IMG/VR virus record: IMGVR_UViG_2049941000_000247
Source of the DNA: an uncultured virus (IMG/VR IMGVR_UViG_2049941000_000247)
Taxonomy: Duplodnaviria > Heunggongvirae > Uroviricota > Caudoviricetes
Direction: 5' to 3' (one strand)
DNA: 17,424 nt
Shown: positions 15,717 to 17,424 of the stretch, piece by piece
How the letters are laid out: the number at the start of each line of letters is the position of its first letter
Numbering within the stretch: position 1 is the first letter of the stretch
Made by a program: the position numbers and the translations under genes
The notes under the pieces: model-generated
What the model saw: the letters and a program-made list of their open reading frames with translations, nothing else
Databases searched by the model: none
What the model was told of the DNA's origin: nothing

Positions 15717-17424
15717 TCAAGCAGATGCTGCAGTAACGGGATACGTTCCGAGCCCTGGGATTGTGACTTGTAGCCCACTTACATTAGAGCCATTAAAATA
15801 TAAATTTGTACTAGTAAATGAGAAGTTGCCAGAAAGAAACGTATATGGGAAATACCAATACGCATAATACCCGCCTGTACTTCCGAAATTTACATATTCG
15901 TTTGTATTGTTTATTGTGAGAACACTCGCACCACCATCAGCCTTTATCTGAAATCCTCCCGATCCAGCGATAATGGTTGGGCTATATATCACTTTACCGC
16001 TGATAAATGTTGTTTCACCAGTGCCTACAGTCGGGGTATAAGTACCTGTCGCCAAATCATGCACAGGGTCATCCCCATTCGCCCATGTAATAGAGCCACT
16101 CGCTGGCATATGTATGCTGCCAGTCATCCACACATCACCATTTTCATCTACTTCAAATTTATGCTTATTCTGATATGTGGATGTTATAGCGCCGGCATAA
16201 ATCGCGCCTCCACTTCTTCCACCAGATGCTGGCGCAATTGATAAAGCGCCGTCGATTATCTTAGTCGTTGTCGTAGTTTGTCCTCCGGACGATACGGTTT
16301 CCACTTCGATATTGCCAAATGTGCCATCCTTAGCCGTTACCGTGCCGTCTCTTTTTACAGAAAACGGCGCCCGTGCAGCGCTGCCGTCGCCAGCCCATAT
16401 AGCGTAAAGTGTATCATTCTCTTCGCGGAGAATAAGGTTACCAGATGTAGTACTGATATAGTCATACGATTCTACGCTAATAACAAGCCCGTCTGCGTCT
16501 GCGTCGGTCGTAAACGTAACACTGTTTGTTTCTGTTGTATTATTCGTTCCTTTTAGGTCGATCTCTTCAATCGGCATATCAATCAGCGTATTTCCGTCGT
16601 ATTCATGTATACGCAAATATACGTGACTTGTGCCATGTGTTACCGTATATGTGAGCGAATAAACCGTATTGCCGCGTACAGTAAGTTTCGGTGTTTTATA
16701 CGCTTTTGGCTTATCTGTCATATCAGTTCCACTATTATCAAGATAATGTCCTGTTGTAACTGACTGCCTATCTGCAGGCCATAGATTACTCACGCCTTCA
16801 GTGGACGAACTGAGCGCAACATACGTTGACCCGCTTCCGCTCCACAGTTTATTTTCCGCAAGCGTCCACCCGCCGAACGAACCGCTGTCAGCAAGTATCT
16901 TTCCCTTAAAGAACGCGCCGCCGTTCATATCAAGCCAGAAGTTGGCGTTCGGAGTGACGCCGGACGCAAGAGAATCTATATCGNNNNNNNNNNCAACACT
17001 CGGAATCTTGCTTCCGTCGCTTGCCCGCACACCGTCCACAGTATCGTCAGTATCGTAATGTAATAGCGTGTCTTTATTTGCGCCGCCAACAATACCAACG
17101 GCAGTCCCAAATTCGATCCGGCCACCCTTAGACCCGTACAAATTAAACGTCGCATTGTGCAGCGATGCGCCTTCGCTGTCAACCTTGAACACAGACACGC
17201 CGCCATCCTTTTTATCTGACTCAATGATCAGATTGTTACCTGTCACTATCCGTCCGACAAGCAGGGGAGCGGCGATACCGTATACGGTCGCGCCGGACGC
17301 AGCGCCCGGCGAATTGTCTTTGAACTCACCGATGCCGACCTCGGCATGAACCCACGCGTCCTTTGTCAGCATGATCGAATTGTTCGAGATCCAGAGCTGC
17401 TTGTCGCTGTACATACATTCTACC
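15717..17424 (-). CDS. Large tail tip/central fibre (Tal-like) protein, C-terminal part, truncated by the window edge
   Basis: More than 565 aa open; YGIAAPLLVG, SGSFGGWT and APFSV..DG.V.A..G beta-rich motifs of phage tail spikes. Confidence 0.75.
   Translation of the reverse strand, partial: VECMYSDKQLWISNNSIMLTKDAWVHAEVGIGEFKDNSPGAASGATVYGIAAPLLVGRIVTGNNLIIESDKKDGGVSVFKVDSEGASLHNATFNLYGSKGGRIEFGTAVGIVGGANKDTLLHYDTDDTVDGVRASDGSKIPSVXXXXDIDSLASGVTPNANFWLDMNGGAFFKGKILADSGSFGGWTLAENKLWSGSGSTYVALSSSTEGVSNLWPADRQSVTTGHYLDNSGTDMTDKPKAYKTPKLTVRGNTVYSLTYTVTHGTSHVYLRIHEYDGNTLIDMPIEEIDLKGTNNTTETNSVTFTTDADADGLVISVESYDYISTTSGNLILREENDTLYAIWAGDGSAARAPFSVKRDGTVTAKDGTFGNIEVETVSSGGQTTTTTKIIDGALSIAPASGGRSGGAIYAGAITSTYQNKHKFEVDENGDVWMTGSIHMPASGSITWANGDDPVHDLATGTYTPTVGTGETTFISGKVIYSPTIIAGSGGFQIKADGGASVLTINNTNEYVNFGSTGGYYAYWYFPYTFLSGNFSFTSTNLYFNGSNVSGLQVTIPGLGTYPVTAASA

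Overview
Gapped scaffold (many N runs) from a temperate siphovirus-like phage or prophage, probably of a Clostridia/Bacillota host (GGAGGTG ribosome-binding sites, CHAP+GH25 endolysin, DUF4368-type serine integrase). On the + strand, 1-1475 holds fragments of a dUTPase and a HAD-family gene that appear scaffolded in reverse order. The C-terminal half of a large serine recombinase follows (1487-2200), then a symmetric attP-like site with a central GA. From 17424 down to 2530 the - strand carries one late operon: a large tail protein, a Dit-like protein, BppU-like adaptors, several fibre/receptor-binding proteins (Ig-like, T/S/G repeats, fibre repeat, BspA-type LRR, CBM5/12), a two-catalytic-domain endolysin and three holin-like membrane proteins, ending at a strong intrinsic terminator. 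Most notable are (i) two paralogues in the lysis module with a near-invariant N-terminal ~54 aa, a Gly linker and dissimilar C-termini, (ii) an AT-rich LRR protein whose repeats look combinatorially shuffled, (iii) an endolysin with a tail-like beta module and a likely internal start, and (iv) a repeated hairpin-ATTACTATAA-RBS intergenic element. Family assignments are from motif recognition by eye; no database search was run.
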